Below are positions 9,608-20,472 of a stretch of 44,419 bases of DNA, in pieces. Source of the stretch: a virus; the UHGV virus genome UHGV-0384003; one strand, written 5' to 3'. Under the pieces are notes generated by a model. That model was not told where the DNA came from. It searched no databases and worked only from the letters and a program-made list of their open reading frames with translations. Made by a program: the position numbers and the translations under genes. The first letter of the stretch is position 1. Each line of letters starts with the position of its first letter.

Positions 9608-9916
9608 TTGCCTGAAAACGAATTGATGATGATGACACCTAACGAATGGAAAGATTGGATAATAGGTGGTCAAGATAAGTATTTAGATCAAAAAGAGTTA
9701 ATGATACAAGTTGCTCAAGCAAACGGGCTTGTACAAGCTAATAAATCATTAAAACGAATGACTAGAGATATTGAACGTCAACGATTTGAAATACGCAACC
9801 CTGGTAGTTATGAACGTATTAAACGTGCAGAACTTGAACATGAAAAACGTAGACGTGAATTATTCAAATCAGGTACTAAGCGTTGGTTAGAAGAACAAAA
9901 ACAGAAAGGAGAGTGA
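9608..9916 (+). CDS. tail assembly chaperone C-terminal extension (gpGT analogue, reached by -1 frameshift)
   Basis: This ORF is in the -1 frame relative to the G gene and open from 9413, so it overlaps the slippery site. It has no independent strong start (TTG only). Confidence 0.6.
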   Translation: MPENELMMMTPNEWKDWIIGGQDKYLDQKELMIQVAQANGLVQANKSLKRMTRDIERQRFEIRNPGSYERIKRAELEHEKRRRELFKSGTKRWLEEQKQKGE

Positions 9917-9920
9917 ATAA

Positions 9921-12900
9921 GTGGATAAAAACTTTATGGTTCGTATCATGGCTAATATACGCGATTTTCAGAACAACGTTAGAAAAGCGCAGACTTTAGC
10001 TAAAACTTCTATTCCAGATGAAATTGAAACTGATGTGAAAGCCAATATCAGTAAATTTCAGCGTAATCTTCAAAGAGCCAAAGCAATGGCGCAACGTTGG
10101 CGAGAGCATAAGGTGGAAATCGATGGAGACACCAACCCTATTAAACGTGCGATATCTTTTGCCAAAGCAGAATTGCAAAGATTACGCGATAAGCAAGTCG
10201 ATATCAAAGGTGATAATGACAATTTAAAGCGTGCAGTAATAAGCGCTAAAGTAATGTTGGCATCATTACATGATAAAACGGTACACGTTAACTTTGATAC
10301 ACAGGGCATGACAAGAGCGCAAGTATTAACTAAAGCGTTAGGTAAGTCTTTAGATGAATATGGCAATAAAATGGACGCTTTAGCTACCAAAATAAGAACG
10401 TTTGGCACTGTCTTTAGTCAACAAGTCAGAGGGCTAATGATAGCTAGTATTCAAGGTTTAATACCTGTTATTGCTGGTTTGGTTCCAGCTATCATGGCTG
10501 TATTAAACGCAGTTGGCATATTAGCAGGCGGTATATTAGGTTTGGTAGGTGCGTTTAGTATCGCAGGTGCGGGCGCCTTTGCGTTTGGTGGTATGGCAAT
10601 TAGTGCTTTGAAAATGCTTAAAGACGGCACACTGCAAGCTACTGCAGAAACTAGACGATATCAAGCGTCTTTAGATCAAGTTAAATCAACATGGGAAAGT
10701 ATCATCAAACAAAATCAAGCGCAGATATTTAATACTTTAGCTAACGGTTTAAACACAGTAAATGTTGCTTTAAGCCGTATGAAGCCATTCCTTGCAGGCG
10801 TTTCTAAAGGTATGGAACAAGCCTCTAAGAGTGTCTTAAAATGGGCTGAAAACAGTCAAACGGCTAGTAAGTTCTTCAATATGATGAACACAACAGGCGT
10901 TAAAACATTCAATACTCTATTAAGTGCTGCTGGACGTTTTGGTGACGGTTTGGTTAATGTATTTACACAGTTAGGACCGTTGTTTTTATGGGTAGCGCAA
11001 GGCTTAGACAGTCTAGGTAAAAAGTTTCAAAACTGGGCTAATAGCGTAGCTGGTCAAAACGCTATCAAAGCATTTATCGAGTATACAAAAACAAACTTGC
11101 CTAAAATTGGTCAGATATTTGGTAATGTGTTTGCTGGTATCGGTAATTTAATGGTTGCATTCGCGCAAAATAGTGCAGGTATCTTTGATTGGTTAGTTAA
11201 AATGACTGGCAAATTCAGAGAATGGTCTGAACAAGTCGGTAAATCGGAAGGCTTTAAACAATTCGTTAAATATGTACAACAAAATGGTCCAGTGATTATG
11301 CAATTAATTGGCAATATTGTACGTGCGTTAGTTGCATTTGGCACTGCAATGGCACCAATAGCAAGTGTGATTTTACGTGTGGTAACTGCGTTTGCTGGCT
11401 TTATCGCAAAATTATTCGAAACACATCCGGCTGTTGCTAAGATGGTTGGTATTGGTATGATACTAGCCGGCATTATGTGGGCGTTACTAGCACCAATTAT
11501 TGCGGTTGGAACGGTATTATCAAACGTCTTTGGTGTTAGTTTACTACAAGCAATCGGCAAAATAGCACGTTTTATGGCTTCTAGCAACATACTAAAAGGC
11601 GTATTAAACATCTTACGTGGTGCGTTTAGCTTATTAGTCAGTCCAATAGCTAATATAGGCAGATTATTACCATTATTAGGCACTGCATTTAGTGCTTTAA
11701 CTGGTCCAGTTGGCATAGTTATTGGCGTTATATTAGCTTTAGTCGGCGTTATCGTATACTTGTGGAAAACGAACGAAGACTTTAGAAATATGATTATAGG
11801 TGCTTGGAACGGTATCAAAGATGCTGTTTCTGGTGCAATCAGTTCTATCGTTGGCTGGTTTGCTCAATTGTGGGCATCTATCCAACAAACATTACAACCG
11901 ATTATGCCAATTTTACAACAACTAGGTCAAATGTTCATGAACGTTCTAGGCGGCTTAGTAATGGGTGCTATCCAATTAGTAATAGGAGCCTTTCAATCAT
12001 TATGGCTTGCAATTTCAGTGATATTCACTGCAATCGGCGGTATTATTTCAGCGGCAGTACAATTGATTGTCGGCTTATTCACTGCGTTTATCCAATTTAT
12101 TACCGGCGACTTTTCTGGTGCTTGGCAGACATTGCAAACTACTGTACAGAATGTTTGGACGACAATTTGGAATACAATCGTATCAATTTTCACTCAGATT
12201 TCCGAATTTATATTCAACACGCTAAATTCTATACTCGGTACGAATATCACAAGTTGGTCTCAAATTTGGTCGGCAATCGTTCAATATGTCACTCAAATTT
12301 GGAATAGTGTAACGCAATGGTTTGGCCAAATGGCACAGTCCGTTTGGAACAAAATGGTACAAGCGTATAACTATGTTGTATCAACTGGTGCGCAATGGGT
12401 AAGTTCTATCATAAGCACTTTAGCCAGATTTGTATCATCTGTAATAAGCGGTTTTATTAGAGTTGTATCAAGTGTTGCATCATATATGGCTCAAGCTTTA
12501 TCAAGAGTAATATCTGTTGGTGCGCAATGGGTATCTGCGATTATTGGTGCTATGGCTCGATTTGTAAGTGGCGTTATCAGTGGTTTTGTCAATGTGGTTA
12601 GTCAAGTACAATCAGGAATGAGTAGAGCGGTTAACACTGTTAGAAACTTTATTGGTCAATTCGTGTCTGCCGGTTTAGATTTAATGCGTGGTTTAGTACA
12701 AGGTATTATGAATGGAATGAAATGGGTAGTCAATGCAGCCAAGAATGTAGCACAAAGTGCAGTTAATGCAGCAAAAAGTGCATTAGGTATACACTCTCCT
12801 TCTCGTGTATTCAGAGGCATAGGTCAATATGTATCTCAAGGCTTGGGAATGGGTATCTTAGCAGACCAACACAAAGCAGTAAATGCAGTTCGTAGTGTTG

Positions 12901-13133
12901 CTAGTAATTTGACTGACGCATTCAAACCAGAATTATCTACAGACTTAACAGACGGTTTAGGTGGTTCGTTAAATGGCAGTGTGGACGCTCACATGACTAA
13001 AGATGTTAGACATAGTATGCAAGAGAACAATCGCCCAATCGTTAATATAACTGTGCGTAATGAGGGTGATGTAGAGTACATTAAATCTTACATTGAAGAA
13101 CAAAACGGCAAAAACAGTAGTATGGGCTTGTAA
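9921..13133 (+). CDS. tail tape measure protein
   Basis: 1070 aa. Coiled-coil N-terminus, multiple hydrophobic glycine-rich segments and long degenerate internal repeats. Canonical position after the G/GT pair. Confidence 0.9.
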   Translation: MDKNFMVRIMANIRDFQNNVRKAQTLAKTSIPDEIETDVKANISKFQRNLQRAKAMAQRWREHKVEIDGDTNPIKRAISFAKAELQRLRDKQVDIKGDNDNLKRAVISAKVMLASLHDKTVHVNFDTQGMTRAQVLTKALGKSLDEYGNKMDALATKIRTFGTVFSQQVRGLMIASIQGLIPVIAGLVPAIMAVLNAVGILAGGILGLVGAFSIAGAGAFAFGGMAISALKMLKDGTLQATAETRRYQASLDQVKSTWESIIKQNQAQIFNTLANGLNTVNVALSRMKPFLAGVSKGMEQASKSVLKWAENSQTASKFFNMMNTTGVKTFNTLLSAAGRFGDGLVNVFTQLGPLFLWVAQGLDSLGKKFQNWANSVAGQNAIKAFIEYTKTNLPKIGQIFGNVFAGIGNLMVAFAQNSAGIFDWLVKMTGKFREWSEQVGKSEGFKQFVKYVQQNGPVIMQLIGNIVRALVAFGTAMAPIASVILRVVTAFAGFIAKLFETHPAVAKMVGIGMILAGIMWALLAPIIAVGTVLSNVFGVSLLQAIGKIARFMASSNILKGVLNILRGAFSLLVSPIANIGRLLPLLGTAFSALTGPVGIVIGVILALVGVIVYLWKTNEDFRNMIIGAWNGIKDAVSGAISSIVGWFAQLWASIQQTLQPIMPILQQLGQMFMNVLGGLVMGAIQLVIGAFQSLWLAISVIFTAIGGIISAAVQLIVGLFTAFIQFITGDFSGAWQTLQTTVQNVWTTIWNTIVSIFTQISEFIFNTLNSILGTNITSWSQIWSAIVQYVTQIWNSVTQWFGQMAQSVWNKMVQAYNYVVSTGAQWVSSIISTLARFVSSVISGFIRVVSSVASYMAQALSRVISVGAQWVSAIIGAMARFVSGVISGFVNVVSQVQSGMSRAVNTVRNFIGQFVSAGLDLMRGLVQGIMNGMKWVVNAAKNVAQSAVNAAKSALGIHSPSRVFRGIGQYVSQGLGMGILADQHKAVNAVRSVASNLTDAFKPELSTDLTDGLGGSLNGSVDAHMTKDVRHSMQENNRPIVNITVRNEGDVEYIKSYIEEQNGKNSSMGL

Positions 13134-13146
13134 AGGAGTGTTATTA

Positions 13147-14088
13147 TTGATTGCTCACGACATAGAAATAATTAAAGATAATAAAAAGTATAAAGTCAGT
13201 AATAACACTTTTACTGGCTCAGTTTTAGAAGTAGTATCCTATGACGTTAAAGGTTCAGGATATGATCGTGAATACAGTACAGTTAATGGCGCGCAAGGTA
13301 GATTTTTTAACTCTGTCTATGAAGAAAAGAAAACAGTTAGTCTCAGATTGCGATATCAAGTAGACAAAATGGCTCAAGTGACACATCTTAAGTCAAATTT
13401 ACAAGCATTATTACGTGGTCATTATTATTTGCGTGAATTATCTACACCGGACACATCTATTAAATATGAAGATATATTCAACACGAAACCTCAAGAGTTT
13501 GAACTTGATTATGTAGACGGTAGACAAATTTTTGTTGGTCTAGTTAATGCGATTTCAATCGATACTACGCAAACGGCTGGTGAGTTTGAACTTGAATTTG
13601 AAACCATTGAGCTACCTTATTTTGAAAGCATCGCATATAGTACTGATTTAGAAAGGGAAAGTAGAAGTGTTGAAAAATGGGCGGTATCGGATAACTTACC
13701 GTTTAATGTAAATGATAATAAACGTAATTATACTTTCCACGATACAAAAATATGTAATGTTTATTATGCAGGTACGGTTGAAATCAATCGAATTAATCAA
13801 GATAGCTCAGTTGAAGTGACTTTAGCGGAAAACGTATCTAAAAATGATAAAAACGGCACTACTTTTTATATGGTTGAAAGTGGTGATGTTATTAATATCA
13901 AAGGCTTAGAGTTGAAAGCGGGCGATACTATCAAATTTGATGGTATCCACACTTTCAGAAACGGTTTAAACATTGATGCCTATAATGTGGGCCGACGTAA
14001 CCCTACTTTAATACCTGGTTGGAACACGTTCAGAAGTACCAAGTTGATGCAAAAAGTTGTGTTCAAGCACAAAGAATATTATATGTAG
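13147..14088 (+). CDS. distal tail protein (Dit)
   Basis: Follows the TMP. RBS AAAGGAG (13132-13138) then TTG at 13147. The ORF-track start 13093 overlaps the TMP by 41 nt. Confidence 0.65.
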   Translation: MIAHDIEIIKDNKKYKVSNNTFTGSVLEVVSYDVKGSGYDREYSTVNGAQGRFFNSVYEEKKTVSLRLRYQVDKMAQVTHLKSNLQALLRGHYYLRELSTPDTSIKYEDIFNTKPQEFELDYVDGRQIFVGLVNAISIDTTQTAGEFELEFETIELPYFESIAYSTDLERESRSVEKWAVSDNLPFNVNDNKRNYTFHDTKICNVYYAGTVEINRINQDSSVEVTLAENVSKNDKNGTTFYMVESGDVINIKGLELKAGDTIKFDGIHTFRNGLNIDAYNVGRRNPTLIPGWNTFRSTKLMQKVVFKHKEYYM

Positions 14089-14098
14089 GGGTGACGAT

Positions 14099-15940
14099 AT
14101 GACGGTATTACTAAAAACATTACAAGGTTACGGTCAAAATTTACCGGTCGAAACGGAACTGAACATTAAATTATCTGACACAGATAGTACGTTAACAATT
14201 GTAATTGACGAAAATAAGGGTACGTTTGATGCTATTGGTGCGATTACAAAAATGTGGACAATAACAGGCGTTGCTGGTCCTGAAGATGAAAACGAGTATC
14301 GTATTGTAATGTTAGACAAAGAAACTCGAGGTCAAAAAAGCAGATTAACGATAAAAGCTAGACCAGTAGAAATTGATGACCTAAATAATAATCGTGTGTA
14401 CGAAATTTATAACGGTAGTTTTACTGGCAAAGCATATTTTGATTTAGTTTTTAAAGGTACAGGATACAAATATAACTTACATGCTAAAGTATCATCTTCG
14501 AAATTTGAAAATCTTGGTAATTGCGATACAAATCTTGATTTATTCAAAAAAGGTTTGGAACGATATTCGCTAGAATATGAATATGACGCAAAAACTAAAA
14601 CATTCCATTTATACGATTACATCGAATACAAACCAGAATATTGGATAAAAGCGGGCGTAAATGCTAATAATATCAAAATACAAGAAGATGCTACTAAATG
14701 TTTTACATTTATAAAGGGGTTTGGTGGTTATACAGATCAACAAACGTACAACGAGGCAAGCTTGCAATTTGAATATACATCACCGTTAGCTGATGTTATA
14801 GGAAAAAGACATGCGCCACCTGTTCAAGACGGTAGAATTACAAAAGAAGATACTTTAAAAAAGAGTATGGAAAAGGTTATTAATGATAGTATCAAAACAT
14901 CTGTAACACTCGATTTTGTATTGTTAAAAAAGTATTTTAAAAACGCCATACCTAGAGTTGGTGATGTTGTTAAAGTGATTGATGATTTAATGGGCTTGAA
15001 TGTTGATTTAAGAATTATCGAAATCACAACTAAACGTGATATAAATGGAAATATCATAAAAATGGACTTGGTACTAGGTGAATTTAGATTGCAAGATAGA
15101 TATGTAAAAGCGGTTGGTAAAGCTGCTAAATACGTTACTAACTTAAAAACAAATAACCCTGCTAAAACGCAACAAGAAATGCAATCACAGACAAACGCCA
15201 ACACAAAAACCACACAAGATTTACTGGGTAAAACAGATGATTTACAGGCAAAACTCGATAAAGCGAATGCTAAAAGCGTAACTACTTCAAACGGAACAAT
15301 TGTACATGATTTCTCAAGCAAATCTAGTATCAAGAAGGTTAAAACCATAGGTACAATTGGCGATAGTATTGCTAAAGGGTCGTTAGCTAAAAGCAATTTT
15401 ACTCAACAATTAGCTAAAAAGATTAAAGCAAAATATACTAATCTTGCTGAAAGTGGCGCTACCATGAGTGATATTTACCAACAAGCTACTAAAATCAAAG
15501 GCGATTTAATTATCATACAAGGTACTGATGATGATTGGGTCAAAAACATAGATATAGGCACTGATAAAACGGATACTAAAACGTTTTACGGTGCTTTTTA
15601 TAGTGCGGTTGAAATCATCAAAAAGAATAACCCTAAAGCGAAATTATTGGTAATGACACCTGCAAGACAGTGTTATATGGAAGGTTCTAAAGTTAAACGT
15701 AAAGATACTGATAAGAATGATAAAGGTAAAACTTTGATTGATTACGTTAACTTACAAGTGGACATTTGTAACGACTTAGATATACCTGTATTCGATGCTT
15801 ACCGATATGAAGCTTTTAAACCGTACAGTCCAGCTTTTAGAAAATCTAGCATGCCTGACGGGCTTCATTTTAACGATAAAGGGCATGAAGTGATTATGTA
15901 CGAATTAATTAAAGATTACTATCAATTTTATGATGAATAA
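14099..15940 (+). CDS. tail-associated lysin (Tal, tail endopeptidase-like N-terminus) with C-terminal SGNH/GDSL hydrolase domain
   Basis: RBS AGGGGTGA then ATG at 14099. C-terminal third has GTIGDSIAKGS (GDSL block I) and a later DGLHFN-like block typical of SGNH esterases. Position after Dit. Confidence 0.7.
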   Translation: MTVLLKTLQGYGQNLPVETELNIKLSDTDSTLTIVIDENKGTFDAIGAITKMWTITGVAGPEDENEYRIVMLDKETRGQKSRLTIKARPVEIDDLNNNRVYEIYNGSFTGKAYFDLVFKGTGYKYNLHAKVSSSKFENLGNCDTNLDLFKKGLERYSLEYEYDAKTKTFHLYDYIEYKPEYWIKAGVNANNIKIQEDATKCFTFIKGFGGYTDQQTYNEASLQFEYTSPLADVIGKRHAPPVQDGRITKEDTLKKSMEKVINDSIKTSVTLDFVLLKKYFKNAIPRVGDVVKVIDDLMGLNVDLRIIEITTKRDINGNIIKMDLVLGEFRLQDRYVKAVGKAAKYVTNLKTNNPAKTQQEMQSQTNANTKTTQDLLGKTDDLQAKLDKANAKSVTTSNGTIVHDFSSKSSIKKVKTIGTIGDSIAKGSLAKSNFTQQLAKKIKAKYTNLAESGATMSDIYQQATKIKGDLIIIQGTDDDWVKNIDIGTDKTDTKTFYGAFYSAVEIIKKNNPKAKLLVMTPARQCYMEGSKVKRKDTDKNDKGKTLIDYVNLQVDICNDLDIPVFDAYRYEAFKPYSPAFRKSSMPDGLHFNDKGHEVIMYELIKDYYQFYDE

Positions 15941-15951
15941 GGAGGTTGTGT

Positions 15952-18618
15952 ATGTTATCCGAATTAAAAACAAAACTACATTCGTTATTTGGTTCTGATT
16001 TTATATCTCAAGTCGAACAAAACTTTGAAACAATAAAATCATGGGCTGATAAAAAAGATAGCGAGTACCAAAACCATGTTACAAATCAAAAAAACGCTCA
16101 CAAATCATCACAAATTAAGCACACAATAAAAAGCGGGCAAGATGTTAACTTACAGGACCATGAACGTTATCAAGACGAGCAAATTACTAATTTAGTGCTT
16201 GGACATAACGGTGACGGAGTTCAAGAGTTAAGAGCGAGTAGAACATCGATGGACGCACAAAACTTTGATGACCTATCCAATCGTTTATATCACGATTTTT
16301 TACGTGAGAATAACGAAAGAGAAAAGTTACGTGCCGAATTACTCAAAAAGATACAACGTATTGTAAATGTAGATGATTTCGGTGGTGATCCAACTGGTCA
16401 AAAAGACAGTACAAAAGCTTTTCAAGACGCGTTAGGCACTGGTAACGTACTTGTAACGATGAGTGCAGGTACTTATTTAACAACTGGTATTAAAATGCCT
16501 AACAACTCAAGATTAGTTGGACAAGGTAAAGATATTACCACAATTAAGTTTATGGATAGTACACCAGCTGAGAACATTGGTATCACTAACTTAAAAATGA
16601 GTGGTAATGCTAAAAATATTAGTTTAGAGAACTTTACATTTGACGGTAATAAGTTTAGACAAGATAAAAAACTCAAACCTACTGGTGGTTCACGTTCAAG
16701 CAATATTCGATTTGCTGGTGTAACTAATGGTTACATTTACAACGTTAAATCGCATAGCGCTTTATTACATTGTATTGACGTAACTTATGCAAATGATGAT
16801 TACTACTATGAAGGTGATGGAAATAGAGTTCCATACGCATTAGAAAGTAAACATATTCATATTGATAATTGTGAAACATACGCTTGTGGTGATGACTCTA
16901 TCACTACCCATCATTCACGTTATATCACGATTACTAATTGTTATGCTCATCATCCAACAATTACTGGTGGGAATAACAACGGTATTGAAATTGATGACGG
17001 TTCACAATTTGTGTTCTTATCAGATAATAGAACAGAAGGTAATTTCGGTGGTGTTGAAATCAAAGCCCATGCACCTGCAAGTGCATCAAGATGCGTGTTT
17101 GTAAATAATCATTTATCAATTGAGGATACAAGAGCTTATAACATTAGACATATTGGCCACCACAGAGCAAAAACGGACGCTAAATCTAAAACAGCCTATG
17201 ATGTATCATTAAACAACTGCGTGGCTCTACGACCTAAATACAACGGCGTATATCCAGGTACAACGCCTAGAGCATTGTTAATTAGTGCTTACAAAAACGT
17301 TTCGGTTAATAATTTTACCGCTATCGGCGATAGTGATTTTAGTAAATTAGCAAACGGTAAAACTGACAGTAATTTACCTGCTATCGCGGTTCAGTTTATG
17401 TCTGAAAACGTAATTCTTAACAATATTACAGTTACTGGTTTTACAACTGCCGGTCAAGATATTAAATTCTTCGGTGGAGATAATCGAGGCGAGCGTTTTA
17501 TTTTAAGTAATGTTAACATCTACAATTCATCACCTAAAGTTGGTATTGCGAGTGGTGGTGGAATTTACGATTTGAAAATTATCAACGGTAATTTAAAAGG
17601 TCGTGGCACAGGAAATGGTATTGAAACATACAACAATACAACTATGATAAGTGGTGTTACTGCAGATAGTTATACAAACGCCGCAGTTATCGCAAACGAA
17701 AAGTATAAAACAGTACCTACCGTATTAAAAGGTGGCTTAAGTGCAGGTTCAACAGGTTCTGCTGCGGTAGATCCTCGAAGTGTAGTTTTAGCAACAACTG
17801 GTAATAGTAGAGCGTATAGCCCACGTTCATTCGTTTTAGGTTCTGGAATGAGTTCTAAAGCTTATGGGTCACGAAGTGGAGTTATTAATTCGTTATCATC
17901 AGAAACATCTAAAGAGAGCCATACGCAAACGGTATTCAATAGTAGAAATGTAAAATCGCCTGGCAGTTACAGAGTGGTTGCAGGTTACTCTAGTACAGGT
18001 AAACCTTCTACCGCAAACATTAAAGTAGATCTTAACACGTTACATGGTAACCTTAACTTAGCTGGTAAATTAACGCAAAATAACGCCGATATCGCAGAGT
18101 TGTTTGAAAGTCAAAGTGGTAAACCTATTGAGTTAGGTACCATTGTTACTTTAGACGGTGATAAAATCAGAAAAGCGCAACCGAACGATGAACCGATTGG
18201 TGTTATATCGGGTACTGCAGCACTCGTGGCTAATGATAAAACATATCATCATAAAGATAGATATTTACAAAATGAGTACGGTATGACGTTGACTAAGCGT
18301 GTTCAAAGAGAGTTTGAAGATGTAGACGGTAACCCAGTGTTTGAATGGCGAGATGAACCAATCGAGAACCCTAACTATAATGAAGATTTACCTTACGTAT
18401 CACGTTCTGAACGTCCGGAATGGAATACAGTAGGGTTAATTGGTCAAATATATACAAACGTCGAAAAAGACGTCATAGCAGGCGATTTAATCAATGGTAA
18501 AGCCGGAATTGGATATAAAGATAATGTGAACGGTAAAGGGCGTGTAATGGCCATTACAACGCCGTATAACGAAGAACGCGGTTTTGCGATTGCATTAGTA
18601 TTGTGGGGTGTTAAATAA
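15952..18618 (+). CDS. tail fibre / baseplate protein with beta-helix (pectin-lyase-like) repeats
   Basis: 890 aa. RBS GGAGG then ATG at 15952. Many N/G/T-rich beta-helix-like repeats (NGIEIDDG, NNITVTGFT, etc.). Lies in the tail-tip module. Confidence 0.55.
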   Translation: MLSELKTKLHSLFGSDFISQVEQNFETIKSWADKKDSEYQNHVTNQKNAHKSSQIKHTIKSGQDVNLQDHERYQDEQITNLVLGHNGDGVQELRASRTSMDAQNFDDLSNRLYHDFLRENNEREKLRAELLKKIQRIVNVDDFGGDPTGQKDSTKAFQDALGTGNVLVTMSAGTYLTTGIKMPNNSRLVGQGKDITTIKFMDSTPAENIGITNLKMSGNAKNISLENFTFDGNKFRQDKKLKPTGGSRSSNIRFAGVTNGYIYNVKSHSALLHCIDVTYANDDYYYEGDGNRVPYALESKHIHIDNCETYACGDDSITTHHSRYITITNCYAHHPTITGGNNNGIEIDDGSQFVFLSDNRTEGNFGGVEIKAHAPASASRCVFVNNHLSIEDTRAYNIRHIGHHRAKTDAKSKTAYDVSLNNCVALRPKYNGVYPGTTPRALLISAYKNVSVNNFTAIGDSDFSKLANGKTDSNLPAIAVQFMSENVILNNITVTGFTTAGQDIKFFGGDNRGERFILSNVNIYNSSPKVGIASGGGIYDLKIINGNLKGRGTGNGIETYNNTTMISGVTADSYTNAAVIANEKYKTVPTVLKGGLSAGSTGSAAVDPRSVVLATTGNSRAYSPRSFVLGSGMSSKAYGSRSGVINSLSSETSKESHTQTVFNSRNVKSPGSYRVVAGYSSTGKPSTANIKVDLNTLHGNLNLAGKLTQNNADIAELFESQSGKPIELGTIVTLDGDKIRKAQPNDEPIGVISGTAALVANDKTYHHKDRYLQNEYGMTLTKRVQREFEDVDGNPVFEWRDEPIENPNYNEDLPYVSRSERPEWNTVGLIGQIYTNVEKDVIAGDLINGKAGIGYKDNVNGKGRVMAITTPYNEERGFAIALVLWGVK

Positions 18619-20117
18619 TGGAATTAGAAAAAGTGGCTAAAATTGATTTAGAAGAAGAAGCGTATTTAAAACCGATATCGGATAGGGGTATCGGTTTTTA
18701 TAATTTAGATAAAAATACAGCACAGTTCCAATTTAGGGTAACAAAAGATAATCTTCCATTGCTAATCAGTACAAACAATGTTAAAGGGTACGCCTTTTTC
18801 AAACAGATTACTGTAAAAAATGGCGATAGACCTTCCACGTCTGGCGTTTTAGATGTTGAATTCATCGACCCTATGACAGGTTTAATTGGTGTAACGGTAC
18901 CATCTTGGTTTTTGAAAAGTGTTACAAACTCAACTGTTTTAGGAGAGATTTATCTATCGCTTAATGATTATAAAAACGAAGATAAAGACGATACAGTCGT
19001 TTTAGGTACTTTCCAATTTGAAGTGAAAGATAGTTTGGTTAATCAAATCAGTAGCGATATCAAAGTGAGTTACATTCGCATGTTTGATGATTTGCGTGAC
19101 GAATTAGAAAAGAAAGTAGAACAACTCAAAAAAGATATTGGCAGCACTCAAAGTTTGATAGATACAATCAAACAACTATCTGCAAGTGCAACACAAGCTA
19201 TCCAAAAAGCTAAAGACGATAGCATTAATTCAATTAATACAAATAAAGCTGGTGCTTTAAATAACATAGAAGAGCAAACAACATTATCTTTAGCACAAAT
19301 TGATAGTAAAAAGAATGATGTACAAAGTGGTTTTGAAGTTGCTAAAACTGCGTTTCAAAACTCAGTAGATCAAAACACACAAACTTTTGATACAAAGGTA
19401 ACAGATGCTAATAACCTGATTGATAAAAAAGTGAACGACTTTCAAACGAACGGTGCTTTAACTAAAAGCGATGTAGATAACCTTATGGGTAGTTACGATT
19501 GGCAAAAGACTGCATTGACACAAGGAAATGGTGCAACAATACCTGTTTACGATTTAGATTTTGATAATCCTACGCAAATTACTAAATCTGGTTTTTATTA
19601 CTTGTATAAACCTGTTAATGGTCCAGTAACTCTAAATGGTATGCTTATCGTAATTTACGCTAATGCAAATTATATGAAATTTATATACACTCCATACACT
19701 TCAAATGAGGTGCACATTCGCACAAAATCAGGAGACTGGTTGCCATGGCAATCGATTAACGATTTTAAAGATACAGGTTGGATAAATTTACCTTTAGTCA
19801 ATGGAGCGTATGCTAACACTGAATATACAGATAGAAATGGTTATCCTTGCTCATACAGAATAGTAACTCAGAATGGTGTAACAACGAACCATTTACGTAT
19901 CAACGCTAGCAACCTTTTTAGCGGTCAAATATTCGCAAGATTGCCACAAGATATGGTAAAAAACGCGCAATCATTTTCTGTCAGAACGCCAACAGGTAAA
20001 CCGGGTTGTTTTTTAGTTATTAACCCTACCGGTGACGTCTTGTTTTATAAATCATCGATTACTGGAGATTGGACAGAAAAAGATTATATCTACGCTCAAG
20101 TAAGTTGGATAAATTAG
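18618..20117 (+). CDS. baseplate / putative receptor-binding protein
   Basis: 499 aa. ATG overlaps the upstream stop (TAAATAATG). Central coiled-coil stalk and C-terminal beta-rich domain, as in siphovirus receptor-binding proteins. Confidence 0.5.
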   Translation: MELEKVAKIDLEEEAYLKPISDRGIGFYNLDKNTAQFQFRVTKDNLPLLISTNNVKGYAFFKQITVKNGDRPSTSGVLDVEFIDPMTGLIGVTVPSWFLKSVTNSTVLGEIYLSLNDYKNEDKDDTVVLGTFQFEVKDSLVNQISSDIKVSYIRMFDDLRDELEKKVEQLKKDIGSTQSLIDTIKQLSASATQAIQKAKDDSINSINTNKAGALNNIEEQTTLSLAQIDSKKNDVQSGFEVAKTAFQNSVDQNTQTFDTKVTDANNLIDKKVNDFQTNGALTKSDVDNLMGSYDWQKTALTQGNGATIPVYDLDFDNPTQITKSGFYYLYKPVNGPVTLNGMLIVIYANANYMKFIYTPYTSNEVHIRTKSGDWLPWQSINDFKDTGWINLPLVNGAYANTEYTDRNGYPCSYRIVTQNGVTTNHLRINASNLFSGQIFARLPQDMVKNAQSFSVRTPTGKPGCFLVINPTGDVLFYKSSITGDWTEKDYIYAQVSWIN

Positions 20118-20127
20118 GAGTGATATT

Positions 20128-20472
20128 TTGAAAATAGTTTATTTGTGGAAAAATGGACAACCGGTCATTGTAACGACGAATGAAGAGGGCGAATATGAGT
20201 ACCCTTCCGAGAAATGGACGGAAACTAAACCAGATGACGGTATGTATACGCCAATTTATTTTGACGGTCAAAAATGGATAGGCCAGTCAAAAGAGGTTTT
20301 TGAAAAAGAATTGCCACCTGAACCGATTGACGATAAAGATGTTCTTATCTCTAATTTATCGGAGCAATTACTAAACACACAATTAGAAATCGAAAACGTC
20401 AAAAAAGATATGGCTACCGTATTAGAATTATTGGTTGAAAAAGGAAGTGTTGATGATGTACAGAATAGTTGA
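20128..20472 (+). CDS. hypothetical tail-module protein
   Basis: 114 aa. RBS AGGAGTG then TTG. Acidic protein. Confidence 0.45.
   Translation: MKIVYLWKNGQPVIVTTNEEGEYEYPSEKWTETKPDDGMYTPIYFDGQKWIGQSKEVFEKELPPEPIDDKDVLISNLSEQLLNTQLEIENVKKDMATVLELLVEKGSVDDVQNS

Noticed and set aside
11111-11818. 235-aa minus-strand ORF (and other antisense ORFs at 10070-10408, 11993-12193) inside the tape-measure gene
   Set aside because: They lie entirely antisense to a strongly supported 1070-aa gene, have no RBS, and show a low-complexity composition driven by the sense-strand codon bias. Taken as spurious.
14824-15396. 190-aa minus-strand ORF inside the Tal gene, plus similar + or - strand shadow ORFs (21573-21797, 21884-22179, 22598-22780, 23139-23381, 26985-27305, 30150-30583)
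   Set aside because: All are nested within, or antisense to, genes with clear catalytic motifs. The 30150-30583 ORFs are frame shadows of the N/Q-repeat region of the lipoprotein gene. No independent signals.
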